DNA of 64,000 nucleotides from Phycisphaeraceae bacterium (GTDB taxonomy: Bacteria; Planctomycetota; Phycisphaerae; Phycisphaerales; Zrk34), in assembly GCA_040905565.1 (NCBI GenBank), contig JBBDRF010000092.1, positions 146,916-210,915 of the forward strand, given 5' to 3'. This document shows positions 39,517-49,481 of this stretch, piece by piece. The notes below the pieces were generated by a model, which was not told the DNA's origin, made no database searches, and worked only from the letters and a program-made list of their open reading frames with translations. Positions within the stretch are counted from its first letter, which is position 1, and each line of letters begins with the position of its first letter. A program made the translations under genes and the position numbers.

Positions 39517-40809
39517 ATGTCAAGCAATTTTACACGCCGTTCGATCCTCAAGAGCGCGACCGCAACTTTTGCAGCGCCGTACTTCATTCCTGCAACCGCC
39601 TTGGGCAATGCCGAGCGTCCCGCGCCATCTAATCGTGTGACGATGGCATCGATCGGCGTCGGCAGCCAGGGCACCGGCAACATGCAGGCGCTCATGCGCG
39701 ACAGCCGCGTGCAGATGGTGGCGGTGTGTGATGTGGATGCCGGGCATCGTGAGAATGCGGCACGAATCGCCGGTGTCTCCGGCTCACGCGATGTCACAGG
39801 TGAATATGAAAAACTGCTCGCACGCGACGATATCGACGCGGTGATGATCGGCACGCCCGACCACTGGCACGTTCCGATCGCTGTGGCAGCGGCACGGGCG
39901 GGCAAGGATATCTATTGCGAAAAGCCCGTCTCGCTGTACGTCACGGAAGGGCGCACGCTCGTGGATGTGGTTCAGGAACAGGGCCGCATTCTGCAGACCG
40001 GCACCTGGCGACGCAGCAGGGCCGCCTGCCGACGCGCCAGCGAACTAGCGATCAATGGATATCTCGGCGATCTCAAACGCGTGGAAGTCGGCATCCCCGA
40101 AGGTTTCGGCATTCGCGGCGGCTTCACCGGTGAAGAAGGCCCGCAGCCCGTCCCGGAAACTCTCGATTACGATCGCTGGCTCGGACCGGCCCCCGAGGCT
40201 CCATACACCGCCGCACGCGTCCACTTCAACTTCCGGTGGATCCTTGACTACTCAGCCGGCTACATCACCGACTGGGGCGCTCACTATCTTGATGTGGCGC
40301 ATTGGGGCATCGGTGCCGACGGCTCAGGCCCACGCGAAATCGAAGGCACCGGCAAGCAACGCGACACCGGCATCTACGATGCGCCCACCAACCTCCATGT
40401 GCGTTACGCCTATGACAACGGCGTCGAAATCCACATGCGCACCACCGACAACCAAAAGGACTGGGGCATCCGCTTCATCGGGTCGGAAGCCGACTGTTAC
40501 GTGGAGAACGTCACCTATACGCCATCGGACCCGGCCCTCAAACGCGTCGAACTCAAAGACTCCGATACCCGCCTGTACGAGTCAGTCGATCACCACAAGA
40601 ACTTCATCGACGGCGTGCTGGAGCGTAAAGCCACAGCCGCACCGGTCGAGGTGGCGCACTCCAGTGCGGTGGCGTGCCATCTGGGAACCATCGCAGCCCT
40701 CACCGGCCGGTCGATCAAGTGGGATCCGAAATCCGAAACCATCGACAATGACCCCGAAGCCAGCGCGATGCTCACCCGTTCCCCACGGGCCGGCTACAGC
40801 ACAACCTGA
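39517..40809 (+). CDS. Gfo/Idh/MocA oxidoreductase, Tat-exported
   Basis: TRRSILK, IGVGSQG, TPDHWH, IYCEKP, TDWGAH. Confidence 0.92.
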   Translation: MSSNFTRRSILKSATATFAAPYFIPATALGNAERPAPSNRVTMASIGVGSQGTGNMQALMRDSRVQMVAVCDVDAGHRENAARIAGVSGSRDVTGEYEKLLARDDIDAVMIGTPDHWHVPIAVAAARAGKDIYCEKPVSLYVTEGRTLVDVVQEQGRILQTGTWRRSRAACRRASELAINGYLGDLKRVEVGIPEGFGIRGGFTGEEGPQPVPETLDYDRWLGPAPEAPYTAARVHFNFRWILDYSAGYITDWGAHYLDVAHWGIGADGSGPREIEGTGKQRDTGIYDAPTNLHVRYAYDNGVEIHMRTTDNQKDWGIRFIGSEADCYVENVTYTPSDPALKRVELKDSDTRLYESVDHHKNFIDGVLERKATAAPVEVAHSSAVACHLGTIAALTGRSIKWDPKSETIDNDPEASAMLTRSPRAGYSTT

Positions 40810-40859
40810 GGTGCATGATTTGGACCTACAGCAGGTGACGCACCCGAGAGTCGATCGTG

Positions 40860-42341
40860 TAGCCAGATGCCGAGCGAAGGGTCGACAAAGCTAGGCAACG
40901 TGTTGCAGGCCACGACCAGCTTCGCGAACGGCCTGATTTCAACCGGGGATTTGTTCTTCCGGTTCGCGTTTATCGGCTCGCCGCTTATTAACTGTTTGAT
41001 GATCCCCTCGTCAGTTCGTCCGATATGCGGCAGATCGCTCGCAAAGTTGGCGAGCGCGTTGTCAAGTTCGATGAGCCTGAACTCGCCGCCCAGTTGCGTG
41101 AAAGGCAAATGTTTCACATTCTCCCGGCCAAGCATCGATTCCCACACATTTAGCAACGTGCTCTTGCCGTTGCGCCCCTCGCCGGTCAAAATTCGCATTT
41201 TTTCTTGGCGGCAATCGCGGGTGAGCGAATACCCCATGAATTCCTGCAGAAGTTGTTGGCGGCGATCTCCCGGCTCGGTTCGGGGCAAAGTTTGATCCAA
41301 AAAGTCCTGCCACCCGGGGTACGGGGCGTCGGCATCAAAGTTGTAGGGGAGAACGATAGAATTGAAAAACCTGCTACTAGCCGGCTGCATTGGCATCGGC
41401 CGTCTCCTTTTCTAGACCAGTTCGTTGAGAGAAATTACCCCGTTCCCGAAAACTAGGAGCGGGGGATACGTTATTTGAATTGGATCGAGCGAGCTGACAA
41501 AAAATGGAGGGTTCAGCGCCCAGCGGTTCAGCAGGGCAAGCCCTTCTAGGTTTGCAACGACGTCCCCGACAAATTTGCGAGTAACATTCAGTTGCGGGAG
41601 CGACTGGAGGAAGCTTATGACTTCTGCGCGGAACCGATCGTCGTCCACCCGGCTCCACCGATCGCCCGCCCACATATGAAAATATGAGCGGAAGAACCAG
41701 AGCGCCGGCTCGTCGTCCGCGAGGTCGTGCTCCTCACGCAGGTACGCTAAATACGCTTGAGCGACCTCGCGGGCGTCGGGCTCATCGCTGCCGCCGCCGT
41801 CCTCGCCCGCAATCAGGCGGATCTGCTTGGCGATGCTTCGCCGGCTTGCCCCTGCGGCTCCCAACTCGCCGAGCCGCTGCACGATCCGCCCAGCCGCTGC
41901 ATCGGCCACACCACCGTGAAAAACTGCCGCGGATTCGATCGCAGCCCTGTAGGTTGCCTGATGCGCATTCAAGTTGCCCGTTCCGACCATCGTCGCCAAA
42001 ATCGCGGCGAAGGCGTCCGGATACGTTTGGCCGGCGCTTCGGATGGTGCTGCGGTTCTGCAGCTGCCGGAGAAGCTGGATCGCAGCATAGCGTGACCAAC
42101 TGCTAACGTTTATCAGTTCGACCATGATGTCGCCGTCACGCTCGGCGCACTGCGCCGAAACGTCCGGCCAGAGATCTGCCGTCGCCGTTTGAAAATCGAT
42201 CGGCAACGTGGTGCCGTCTTCGAATCTGAGGACAATTCCGACAGCTGGCTCGTGGCTCGCCGGCGCTGATGCGCTATAATTATTCATCGCTTTTCTCGAG
42301 GGGCGGCTGCCGGGCAGGGCAGGCCGCCCCTTTCCTATCAA
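40860..42341 (-). pseudogene. P4/D5-family primase-helicase, split by an in-frame TAG and 3'-truncated
   Basis: D5_N-like LLVFGNGV, in-frame stop at 41412-41414, then LLQEFMGY, Walker A GEGRNGKS, KQLISGE, ACNTLP. Similarity ends at DPSLGIW. Confidence 0.8.
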
Positions 42342-42349
42342 ACCTGTGT

Positions 42350-42682
42350 TTACAAACCCAATTCGTCGGCTTCGCGTTCGGCTTGTTCAGCTCGCGAAAC
42401 TGGGCGTCGGCGAATGCTGCTGCGTGGCGGGCGACCTTCATCGCTACCGTTCAAATGTTCCTGATCCGCAGTTGTAAGCGCGGTCAAAAAGTCGCGGAGA
42501 TCGTCCGGATGGACGAGCGCACGCTTGCCGCAGCGAGTATAAAGAAGGCGTCGTCGCGTACCGTCCGGCAGCGACACCCCGCGAGTGCGCCAGCGACACA
42601 CCGTTGCTTTGTGAATCTTGAGCCGGCGAGAAATCGTCAAGTCGGTGAAGATGTTTTCGGCGTCAAGTATCGAGCGTTGCAT
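42350..42682 (-). CDS. DUF1580-like HTH / excisionase-like protein
   Basis: IHKATVCRWRTRGV...LLYTRCGKR...LRDFL and C-terminal AEREADELGL. Confidence 0.75.
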   Translation of the reverse strand: MQRSILDAENIFTDLTISRRLKIHKATVCRWRTRGVSLPDGTRRRLLYTRCGKRALVHPDDLRDFLTALTTADQEHLNGSDEGRPPRSSIRRRPVSRAEQAEREADELGL

Positions 42683-42772
42683 CGTGTGCACTCCGTGAGT
42701 TTTGGTAACTTCACGAAGCGTACGGCGTTCGACAGCTGCTGTATGCAATGCAAAACGTAAGGTTATGCAAGC

Positions 42773-43582
42773 TTACATTTGTGGTGGATGATAGCCGTTT
42801 GCGTTGTAGAAACCGTGGCGTTTCAGCTTTGGTACGATTCCTGAACGAAAATGCTCATGCGAGATCTTTAGGTGGCCGGCAATCACCTTGCCGTGACTGC
42901 CTGGATGTTCGCGGATGTAGTCCGCCGCTAGGGCGGCGGTCCCCGTTAGAGGCGCGCCGGTGCCGCCCTCGCCTGGCGTCGCCAGTTCGCTGAGTTGCTG
43001 CTCCACCGTGTTAGCGAGGCCGATCAGCAGGCTGTGAACGTTTCTGTCATCGGGCGCCGCTTCCTTTACCGCCTTCGATAGCCTTTGCCGGAAGGCATTG
43101 CCGTTGGACGCTGTTAACAAAGCGATGACGATCGGCAGCTCGGCGACGGGCGTGTGTTTCGCGGCGCAACATTTCAAGGTGTCGATGTCGCGCTTCGGCT
43201 CCTTTGCCAGCCACTCCCCCAGCACTACCCCCAGCTCATAGAACGCAAAAAAGCCGGTATGCTCGCGGAGCGCCTGATCTGCATGTTCCCGCAGATCAAG
43301 CGACGCGAAGAACTCGGCATCACCCTGAACAGGACCATATTGCCCCGCAAGGATCCGACAGCTCTCCCGCAAGTCGGCCCGAATCACGTCCGGGATCATT
43401 TCTCCAAGTGTAAGAATTGCCGTAGTGACAACATCGACCCCCACATCACGCGAATGTAACCCCAGCCGAAAGGCGGCGACGTGCTTGGAGTCTTCATAAA
43501 GTTCCAGCGAAAACTGATCAAACCTCAACGGAATCTTTTGCGACATTCCGACGCCTATCAGAATCAGAGTTTCCGTCCTCAC
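42773..43582 (-). CDS. Hypothetical protein with possible C-terminal winged HTH
   Basis: 269-aa ORF between integrase and excisionase; DYIREHPGSHGKVIAGHLKIS...IVPKLKRHG. Confidence 0.6.
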   Translation of the reverse strand: MRTETLILIGVGMSQKIPLRFDQFSLELYEDSKHVAAFRLGLHSRDVGVDVVTTAILTLGEMIPDVIRADLRESCRILAGQYGPVQGDAEFFASLDLREHADQALREHTGFFAFYELGVVLGEWLAKEPKRDIDTLKCCAAKHTPVAELPIVIALLTASNGNAFRQRLSKAVKEAAPDDRNVHSLLIGLANTVEQQLSELATPGEGGTGAPLTGTAALAADYIREHPGSHGKVIAGHLKISHEHFRSGIVPKLKRHGFYNANGYHPPQM

Positions 43583-43643
43583 AACACCGCGTTAAGCGTA
43601 CCGAGACCGTCATGCGACGCAAACAGTCACGGGTGGCATGCTG

Positions 43644-44827
43644 TCACCCCACCTTCGCAATCACGGCGCGGGCTTTCCGGTCATTTTGCTCGGCGTAGGT
43701 CTGGGTGATGACGAGGCTGCTGTGCCCCAGAACGATCGAGGCGACCTCGAGCCCGAAGTCCCGGCGGAGGTAGGTGGCTGCATTGTGCCGGAGGCGGTGC
43801 GGTCCCCACACGGGAATTCCTTCACGTTCGCAAAGTCGATGAATTTGACGTCGATAGCTGGCGGTCGTGTACTGACGCGCGATCGTGCGGCTTGTCTGCG
43901 GGACGTTCGGCTTTTGGTTCGGACGCCGACCTCTACCCTTTGTTGCCAATCTCGCTTTCGCCTCAGCGTTCGACTCGCGCGGGGAGAATAGTGGCTGGTC
44001 CGTCGGGCGCTCGGTCGTGATGAACAGCCGCAGAATGCGCTGAGCCTTCGGACCGAAGTACAGCACGCGAGCCTTGCCGTGATGCGCGGTCTTGTGCTGC
44101 TTCTCATCGGTGGAGCCGTCGTAGGTGACGGTCCAGCAGCGGCGGTCGCTCGTGTCCAGGTCGCACGCTCGCAAACGGATCAGTTCATCCGCCCGGGCTC
44201 CGGTGAGAAGTTGCAAGTCGATGAGGGCGCGAACGGGGCGGGTCATGTTGCGGCGGTTTCGAATGCGTCGGATGTGATGCCGGGGGACTGGCTTCACGCG
44301 GTCGCGGTCGGGGGCTTCGCCACGCGCCAGAGCCTCGACCGTGGCAAGCCGCCGATACACTCGCTCGCTACAAAGTTCATGCGACGCCGCCCACTTGAAC
44401 GCCTGCCGGACGCGGGAAACCTGCTTGTTGATGTGCGACCGACTCCACCCCGCTTCGATCATGCTCTGGCGAACGGCGCGAAGTCGCTTCGGCCCGAACG
44501 CCTCGGCGGGTTCCGATCCGTAAAGTTTGCGAACGTGGCGGATGGCGCGGCGGATGGTATCAATTTCGGAGTCGCTGTACCGCTGCGCCGCGTGCCTGAT
44601 GTAGGCCACGCAGACGATGGTGACCGTGTTGTCCTCCGCGGCTGGCTCATCGGACGCCTGCGGAAGCCTGCGCCCGTTTGAAAGCACTCGGCGACGGTGC
44701 GGTCATATTGCTGCTGAGCTTCGGCGGAGCCGTAGGGGCCCAAACGGATGACTTCACCATCGATTTGAACGATGGCGGTAGCCCGGTTACGGGTCATCTT
44801 TGGGGGTCGGTTTTTGAGTCGTGGCAC
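43644..44827 (-). pseudogene. Tyrosine integrase with a 1-bp frameshift near 44685
   Basis: GARADE, HRLRH, LGH, TY catalytic motifs. N-terminus MPRLKNRPPK...RLGPYGSAEAQQQYDRTVAE is in another frame; one added G restores VAEWLSNGR. Confidence 0.9.
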
Positions 44828-44927
44828 GGTGCGGGTCTCCTAAAACTGTGCAATGCACGGTTTTGCGGATGCCGCACCTTTGGGAAGGGTTGACGCTAAC
44901 TTGCGTCCTCGGCTGCGTTTGTTGCAA

Positions 44928-45001
44928 TGGGCGATACAGGACTCGAACCTGTGACCTCACGGGTGTGATCCGTGCGCTCTAGCCAGCTGAGCTAATCGCC
45001 C
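44928..45001 (-). tRNA. tRNA-Val(CAC)
   Basis: GGGCGAT-TA-GCTC-AGCTGGCTA-GAGC-G-CACGG-ATCACAC-CCGTG-AGGTC-ACAGG-TTCGAGT-CCTGT-ATCGCCC-A cloverleaf. Confidence 0.95.
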
Positions 45002-45048
45002 GTCGGTGAGCAAGCATAGATGGGGGGCCCAGCGGCGTCAAGCGGGGG

Positions 45049-45924
45049 TTAATCGCGATTACGGGCGGTTGCCACGCCGTGCGGGGCGGCGTTGCGGAGG
45101 AGGTCCAGCCAGGCTTCGGGGAGCACTTCCAGCCACCATCTCCCGGAGCGTTTCTGGACGAAAACTTTGCAGCCGAAGACAGCGGAAAGTTGCTCGGGGG
45201 TAATGATCTGATCAGGCGGACCCATGGCCACGATCTCACCTTCGCGCAGCAGCAGAAGCTGATCGGTCTGCGGGCTGATCTCCTCGACGTGATGGGTGAC
45301 CATGATCACCGTCAGGCTGGGGTGCTGATGCTGGAGTTGCGTGACCGTGGCGAGCAGCCGTTCGCGGCCAGCGAGGTCGAGGCCTGCGGTCGGCTCGTCG
45401 AGGATGAGGATTTCGGGGAGCTCGACGAGTGCCCGTGCGAGCAGGCAGCGGCGTCGCTCGCCGGTGGAGAGGACGCGGTAGGGGTGATCGTGGCGCTGAC
45501 CAAGGCCGACACTTGCGAGGCGGTCTCGGGCGTGCTCAATCTGGCCGGTCGTCGCCTCGTGGAAAAGGCCAAGCGTCCCGAAGTAGCCGGTCAGCACAAC
45601 CTGCAGCGTGGTGAGGTTTTCATCGACGCCGAAGCGTGCAGCGGGATCGACGACGGCGATGCGCTTACGGAGTTGGCGTACATCCGTACGGCCGAGGCGT
45701 TGGCCGAGGATGTCGACGGTGCCGCGCGACGGCCACATGAACCCGGTGACGATGCGCATGAGCGTGCTTTTGCCGGACCCGTTGGGCCCGAGGACCACGC
45801 AGCGGGAGCCAATGGGCAGCGACCAGTTCACCTCGCGGAGGATTGACGTCGGCCCGCGGTGAACGGCGACACCGTTCATGGAAACGGCGGCAGCAGGTGG
45901 GGTGGGGGGGGTGGGGGCAGTCAT
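45049..45924 (-). CDS. ABC transporter ATP-binding protein (ModF-like)
   Basis: GPNGSGKST, LSTGE, LILDEP, VTHH. Confidence 0.9.
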   Translation of the reverse strand: MTAPTPPTPPAAAVSMNGVAVHRGPTSILREVNWSLPIGSRCVVLGPNGSGKSTLMRIVTGFMWPSRGTVDILGQRLGRTDVRQLRKRIAVVDPAARFGVDENLTTLQVVLTGYFGTLGLFHEATTGQIEHARDRLASVGLGQRHDHPYRVLSTGERRRCLLARALVELPEILILDEPTAGLDLAGRERLLATVTQLQHQHPSLTVIMVTHHVEEISPQTDQLLLLREGEIVAMGPPDQIITPEQLSAVFGCKVFVQKRSGRWWLEVLPEAWLDLLRNAAPHGVATARNRD

Positions 45925-46007
45925 GGCCGCCGATTGTAGTCGCCAAAGGGACGGCGTGCGTGGGCAAGGCATCCTCCACCATTCGTCGTGGCGGCGCTAA
46001 GGTACCG

Positions 46008-46024
46008 TGTTAGAAATCCATTAG
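46008..46024. promoter_or_regulatory. Candidate Pho box upstream of phoB
   Basis: TGTTAG-aaatc-CATTAG, 11-bp period; same motif upstream of pstS. Confidence 0.6.
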
Positions 46025-46126
46025 GTGCGTTATGCGTTGTTGCAATCGCGCAGCTGTGGCGAAATACTCTCGTGAGTAGCTCACCCTCATGGCCCCGCCC
46101 CCGATCACCTCGGCCGGAGAATTGGA

Positions 46127-46879
46127 ATGATGACCAAAGCAAAGCAGAAGCGGAGCGAGCAGCCTGAGCCGACGACGATGGCACGGGGGCATCTGCTCGT
46201 CGTTGAGGACGAGGAAGACCTTCAGGATCTGTTGCGATACAACCTGACACGTGAGGGTTTCACCGTGACCTGCACGGATCGTGGCGAGCAGGCGTTGCGG
46301 CTGGTGGCGGAGCGTGTGCCGGATCTGATTGTGCTGGATTTGATGCTGCCGGGTATGGACGGGCTCGAGGTTTGCCGAACGCTGAAGGCGAATCCGGCGA
46401 CGGCAGCGGTGCCGGTGGTGATGCTGACGGCGAAGGGCGAAGAGGCGGATGTGGTGGTCGGCCTGGAGATGGGGGCGGATGATTACGTGCCCAAGCCGTT
46501 CAGTCCGCGGGTGCTGACGGCGCGGCTTCGGGCGGTGCTGCGGAGACCAAAACTGGCGCCGACAGAGGAAGGCGAGGGGGAAGCCGCGGCCATCCGGGTG
46601 GCCGGAATTGAAATATTTCCCGATCGCCACGAGGTGAAGCTCGCGACCGGGCCGGTGGACCTGACCGCGACCGAGTTCAAGCTGCTTCAGATGATGGTCC
46701 GCAGGCCTGGTCGGGTGTTCACCCGACAGCAGATCATTGACACGCTTCACGATGGGCTTGCGGCGGTGACCGACCGCTCGGTCGATGTTCAGATTGTGTC
46801 GCTGAGGCGAAAGCTCGGCGAAATGGGGCAAATCATCCAGACGGTGCGCGGCGTCGGTTACCGACTGCGTGAGGAATGA
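46127..46879 (+). CDS. phoB: PhoB response regulator
   Basis: VVEDE, LDLMLPG, KPFS, OmpR-type wHTH RSVDVQI...TVRGVGY; adjacent to the pst operon. Confidence 0.9.
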   Translation: MMTKAKQKRSEQPEPTTMARGHLLVVEDEEDLQDLLRYNLTREGFTVTCTDRGEQALRLVAERVPDLIVLDLMLPGMDGLEVCRTLKANPATAAVPVVMLTAKGEEADVVVGLEMGADDYVPKPFSPRVLTARLRAVLRRPKLAPTEEGEGEAAAIRVAGIEIFPDRHEVKLATGPVDLTATEFKLLQMMVRRPGRVFTRQQIIDTLHDGLAAVTDRSVDVQIVSLRRKLGEMGQIIQTVRGVGYRLREE

Positions 46880-48252
46880 ATCCCATGGAACGACGGGCGC
46901 GACAGTGGACAACGGCTGCGGGCGTTGCGGTAGGGGTGTTTGCTGTGACGAGCCTGTCGGCGATGGCGCAGGGCGGAGCGGCGATGCAGACCACCGAATG
47001 GCGCGGCGCGTTCTATGCGTTGATGGCTATGCTGTTGCTTGTCGCGGCGGCGTGTGCGGTGATCCTGATGCGCGTGCGTCAGCATGTCCAGCGGGTGACG
47101 CGTGAGCACGATCACCTGATGCGCAGCATGATCAGTCGTCGCAATGAACTCGAGGCCGCGATGAGCAGCATGATCGAAGGCGTGTTGGCGGTGGGGATGG
47201 ATCGGCGTGTGATCAGCTTGAACGACGCTGCGGCGAAGCTGCTGGAGGCGAGGCCAGACCGCGCGACCGGGCGGGACATGCACGAGGTGATCCGAGCCGA
47301 GCCGTTGCAACGGTTCATCGAACGTTCGCTACACGCGGAGAAACCGATCCAGGACGACATCAATCTTGCCGTCAGCAGCGACCGGGCGGTCGGGTCGAAC
47401 GGGGCACGGCATCGGCTTTACCAGATCCAGGGGACGGTGCTGCGGAACGCGGAGGGCGAACGGGTGGGCTCGCTCATCGTGCTGCACGACGTGACACGGC
47501 TGCGGCGGCTGGAGGTGGTAAGACAGGATTTCGTGGCGAACGCATCGCACGAGATCAAGACGCCTGTTACGGCGATCAAAGCTGCGGCCGAAACCCTGCT
47601 GGAAGCAAGCGAGGAAAATTCCGACCCGCAGGAGATGCGGCAGTTCGTGAAGATGATCGCGCGACAATCGGACCGGCTCCAGGCGATCGTGGAAGATCTG
47701 CTAAGCCTGGCCCGCCTCGAGCAGGATACGCAAAGCGACCGGGTGGGGCTTGAGCCGGGGCGGGTGGCGGCGGTCGTTCAGGCGGCGGTTGAAACCTGCG
47801 CCGTCCGTGCCGACGAACGCAACACGACGCTGCAATGGCACTGCCCGGCGGATCTCGTGGTGGATATTCATGTGCGCCTTCTTGAGCAGGCGGTCATCAA
47901 TCTGCTGGATAACGCGATCAAGTACAGCCCCGAAGGGGCGACGGTCCGGACGGTGGTGGAACGGCTGGGCGATGAGCTGATCATCAGCGTTCAGGACAGC
48001 GGCGTGGGGATTGCGGCGGAGCATCTGCCGCGCATCTTTGAGCGGTTTTATCGCACGGACAAAGCACGCAGCCGGGCGATGGGCGGGACAGGGTTAGGCC
48101 TTTCGATCGTGAAGCATATTGCGCTGGCGCACGGCGGGCGGGTATCGGTCAACAGCAGGCCGGGCGAGGGTAGTACGTTTCGCATCCATCTGTCCGTCGG
48201 CGTAAACGATCCGCATGAAAAGCCGCTGGCGGGTGGGGCACGAGCAGAGTGA
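46876..48252 (+). CDS. phoR: PhoR sensor histidine kinase
   Basis: PAS region, DFVANASHEIKTP, NLLDNAIKYS, IFERFYR, GGTGLGL. Confidence 0.9.
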   Translation: MNPMERRARQWTTAAGVAVGVFAVTSLSAMAQGGAAMQTTEWRGAFYALMAMLLLVAAACAVILMRVRQHVQRVTREHDHLMRSMISRRNELEAAMSSMIEGVLAVGMDRRVISLNDAAAKLLEARPDRATGRDMHEVIRAEPLQRFIERSLHAEKPIQDDINLAVSSDRAVGSNGARHRLYQIQGTVLRNAEGERVGSLIVLHDVTRLRRLEVVRQDFVANASHEIKTPVTAIKAAAETLLEASEENSDPQEMRQFVKMIARQSDRLQAIVEDLLSLARLEQDTQSDRVGLEPGRVAAVVQAAVETCAVRADERNTTLQWHCPADLVVDIHVRLLEQAVINLLDNAIKYSPEGATVRTVVERLGDELIISVQDSGVGIAAEHLPRIFERFYRTDKARSRAMGGTGLGLSIVKHIALAHGGRVSVNSRPGEGSTFRIHLSVGVNDPHEKPLAGGARAE

Positions 48253-48303
48253 TGTGGCTTGGCCGCAGAGGGGGGCCACCCGCTGCGCCAATCGTGTTTG
48301 GAT

Positions 48304-48355
48304 TGTTAGGAAATCATTAGCGCATTGATCATCTGGTGCTAACAGTCCGCTCACA
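48304..48355. promoter_or_regulatory. Candidate Pho boxes upstream of pstS
   Basis: TGTTAG-gaaat-CATTAG (48304-48320) and the oppositely oriented CTAACA-gtccg-CTCACA (48339-48355). Confidence 0.6.
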
Positions 48356-48418
48356 ATCGGCTCCTATTCTTGTTGCAGTAGCCCATTGGGTGGCAACGCA
48401 AACCGGAAGGAGCATCAG

Positions 48419-49399
48419 ATGAAACGTTGGCAACAGATGATCACAGCGGGCGCTTTGGTCGCAACCATGTCGCCCCTCGCGATGGCACAGGTCCAGGTGG
48501 ATGCCGATCTGCCGGACTATGAACCGACGGCGGGCGTCTCAGGCAATATCACCACGGTCGGGTCTGACACGATGAACAACCTCGCCACGCTGTGGGCGGA
48601 GGGGTTCCTGGAAATGTACCCGAACGTGCGGGTTGAGATTGAAGGCATGGGCTCTTCAACGGCGCCGGTGGCGTTGACGGCCGGCACGGCGAACTTCGCG
48701 CCGATGAGCCGGGAGATGAGCGGCCGTGAGATCGACAACTTCGAGAGCCGGTACGGCTATCCCGCGACGCCGCTGCCAACTTCGGTGGACATGCTGGCGG
48801 TGTTCGCCCATCGTGACAACCCGATCGAGGGACTGACGCTGAAGCAGGTCGACGCGATCTTCTCCGGCACGCGTCGCGGCGGGCTCAGCGAAGATATCAC
48901 CCGCTGGGGGCAACTCGGACTCAAGGGCGACTGGTCGAACCAGAACATCAGCATTTACGGCCGAAACGCGGCGAGCGGCACGTACGGCTACTTCCGCGAG
49001 AACGCGATGTTCGGCGGCGACTTCAAAAGCTCGGTGCGTGAGCAGCCCGGCAGTTCGTCGGTCGTGCAGGGCGTGGCCAGTGAACGGAACGCGATCGGCT
49101 ACAGCGGCATGGGCTATAAGACCGCCGACGTGCGGGCGGTTCCGCTAAAGCGTGATGGCGACGAGCGTTTCTACACGGCGACGCCGGAAGACGCGGGCGA
49201 CTATCCGCTGGCACGCTTCCTGTACGTCTATGTCAATCACAAGCCCGGTGCGGATCTGGACCCGCTTCGCCGTGAGTTCGTGAAGTACATCTACAGCAAG
49301 CAGGGCCAGGAAGCGGTCGTCCGTGATGGGTTCATCCCCGTGACGGCGCACGTGGCCCGGCAGGCGCTGGAATCGGTCGGCATCGAAGCGGACTTCTAA
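48419..49399 (+). CDS. pstS: Phosphate-binding protein PstS
   Basis: VGSDTM, GSSTAP, MSR, YGRNAASGTYGYF, YPLARFLYVY; AGGAG RBS. Confidence 0.95.
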   Translation: MKRWQQMITAGALVATMSPLAMAQVQVDADLPDYEPTAGVSGNITTVGSDTMNNLATLWAEGFLEMYPNVRVEIEGMGSSTAPVALTAGTANFAPMSREMSGREIDNFESRYGYPATPLPTSVDMLAVFAHRDNPIEGLTLKQVDAIFSGTRRGGLSEDITRWGQLGLKGDWSNQNISIYGRNAASGTYGYFRENAMFGGDFKSSVREQPGSSSVVQGVASERNAIGYSGMGYKTADVRAVPLKRDGDERFYTATPEDAGDYPLARFLYVYVNHKPGADLDPLRREFVKYIYSKQGQEAVVRDGFIPVTAHVARQALESVGIEADF

Positions 49400-49412
49400 A
49401 CGCGAAACTTCT

Positions 49413-49442
49413 GCGGGCGGCGACGGAAACGTTGTCACCCGC
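49413..49442 (+). terminator. Stem-loop between pstS and pstC
   Basis: gcgggcggcgacg-gaaa-cgttgtcacccgc. Confidence 0.55.
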
Positions 49443-49481
49443 CTTCTGGCTTCACCCCCTCTCCACCGGTGCGACCGAAAC

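Larger units (their letters stand above)
40860..44927 (-). mobile_element. tRNA-Val-associated integrative element remnant
   Basis: int-HTH-xis-primase, co-oriented, immediately 3' of the tRNA. No second att copy was found by eye. Confidence 0.75.

Noticed and set aside
40794..40860. Second attachment site of the tRNA-Val element
   Set aside because: No copy of the tRNA 3' end is present; the boundary looks like a deletion.
9433..41414. Two in-frame TAG codons as evidence of amber recoding
   Set aside because: TAG is the normal stop of intact genes here (tadC, the TPR gene, phoU, the propeller gene). No suppressor tRNA or pyl genes are visible, and both affected genes have other lesions.
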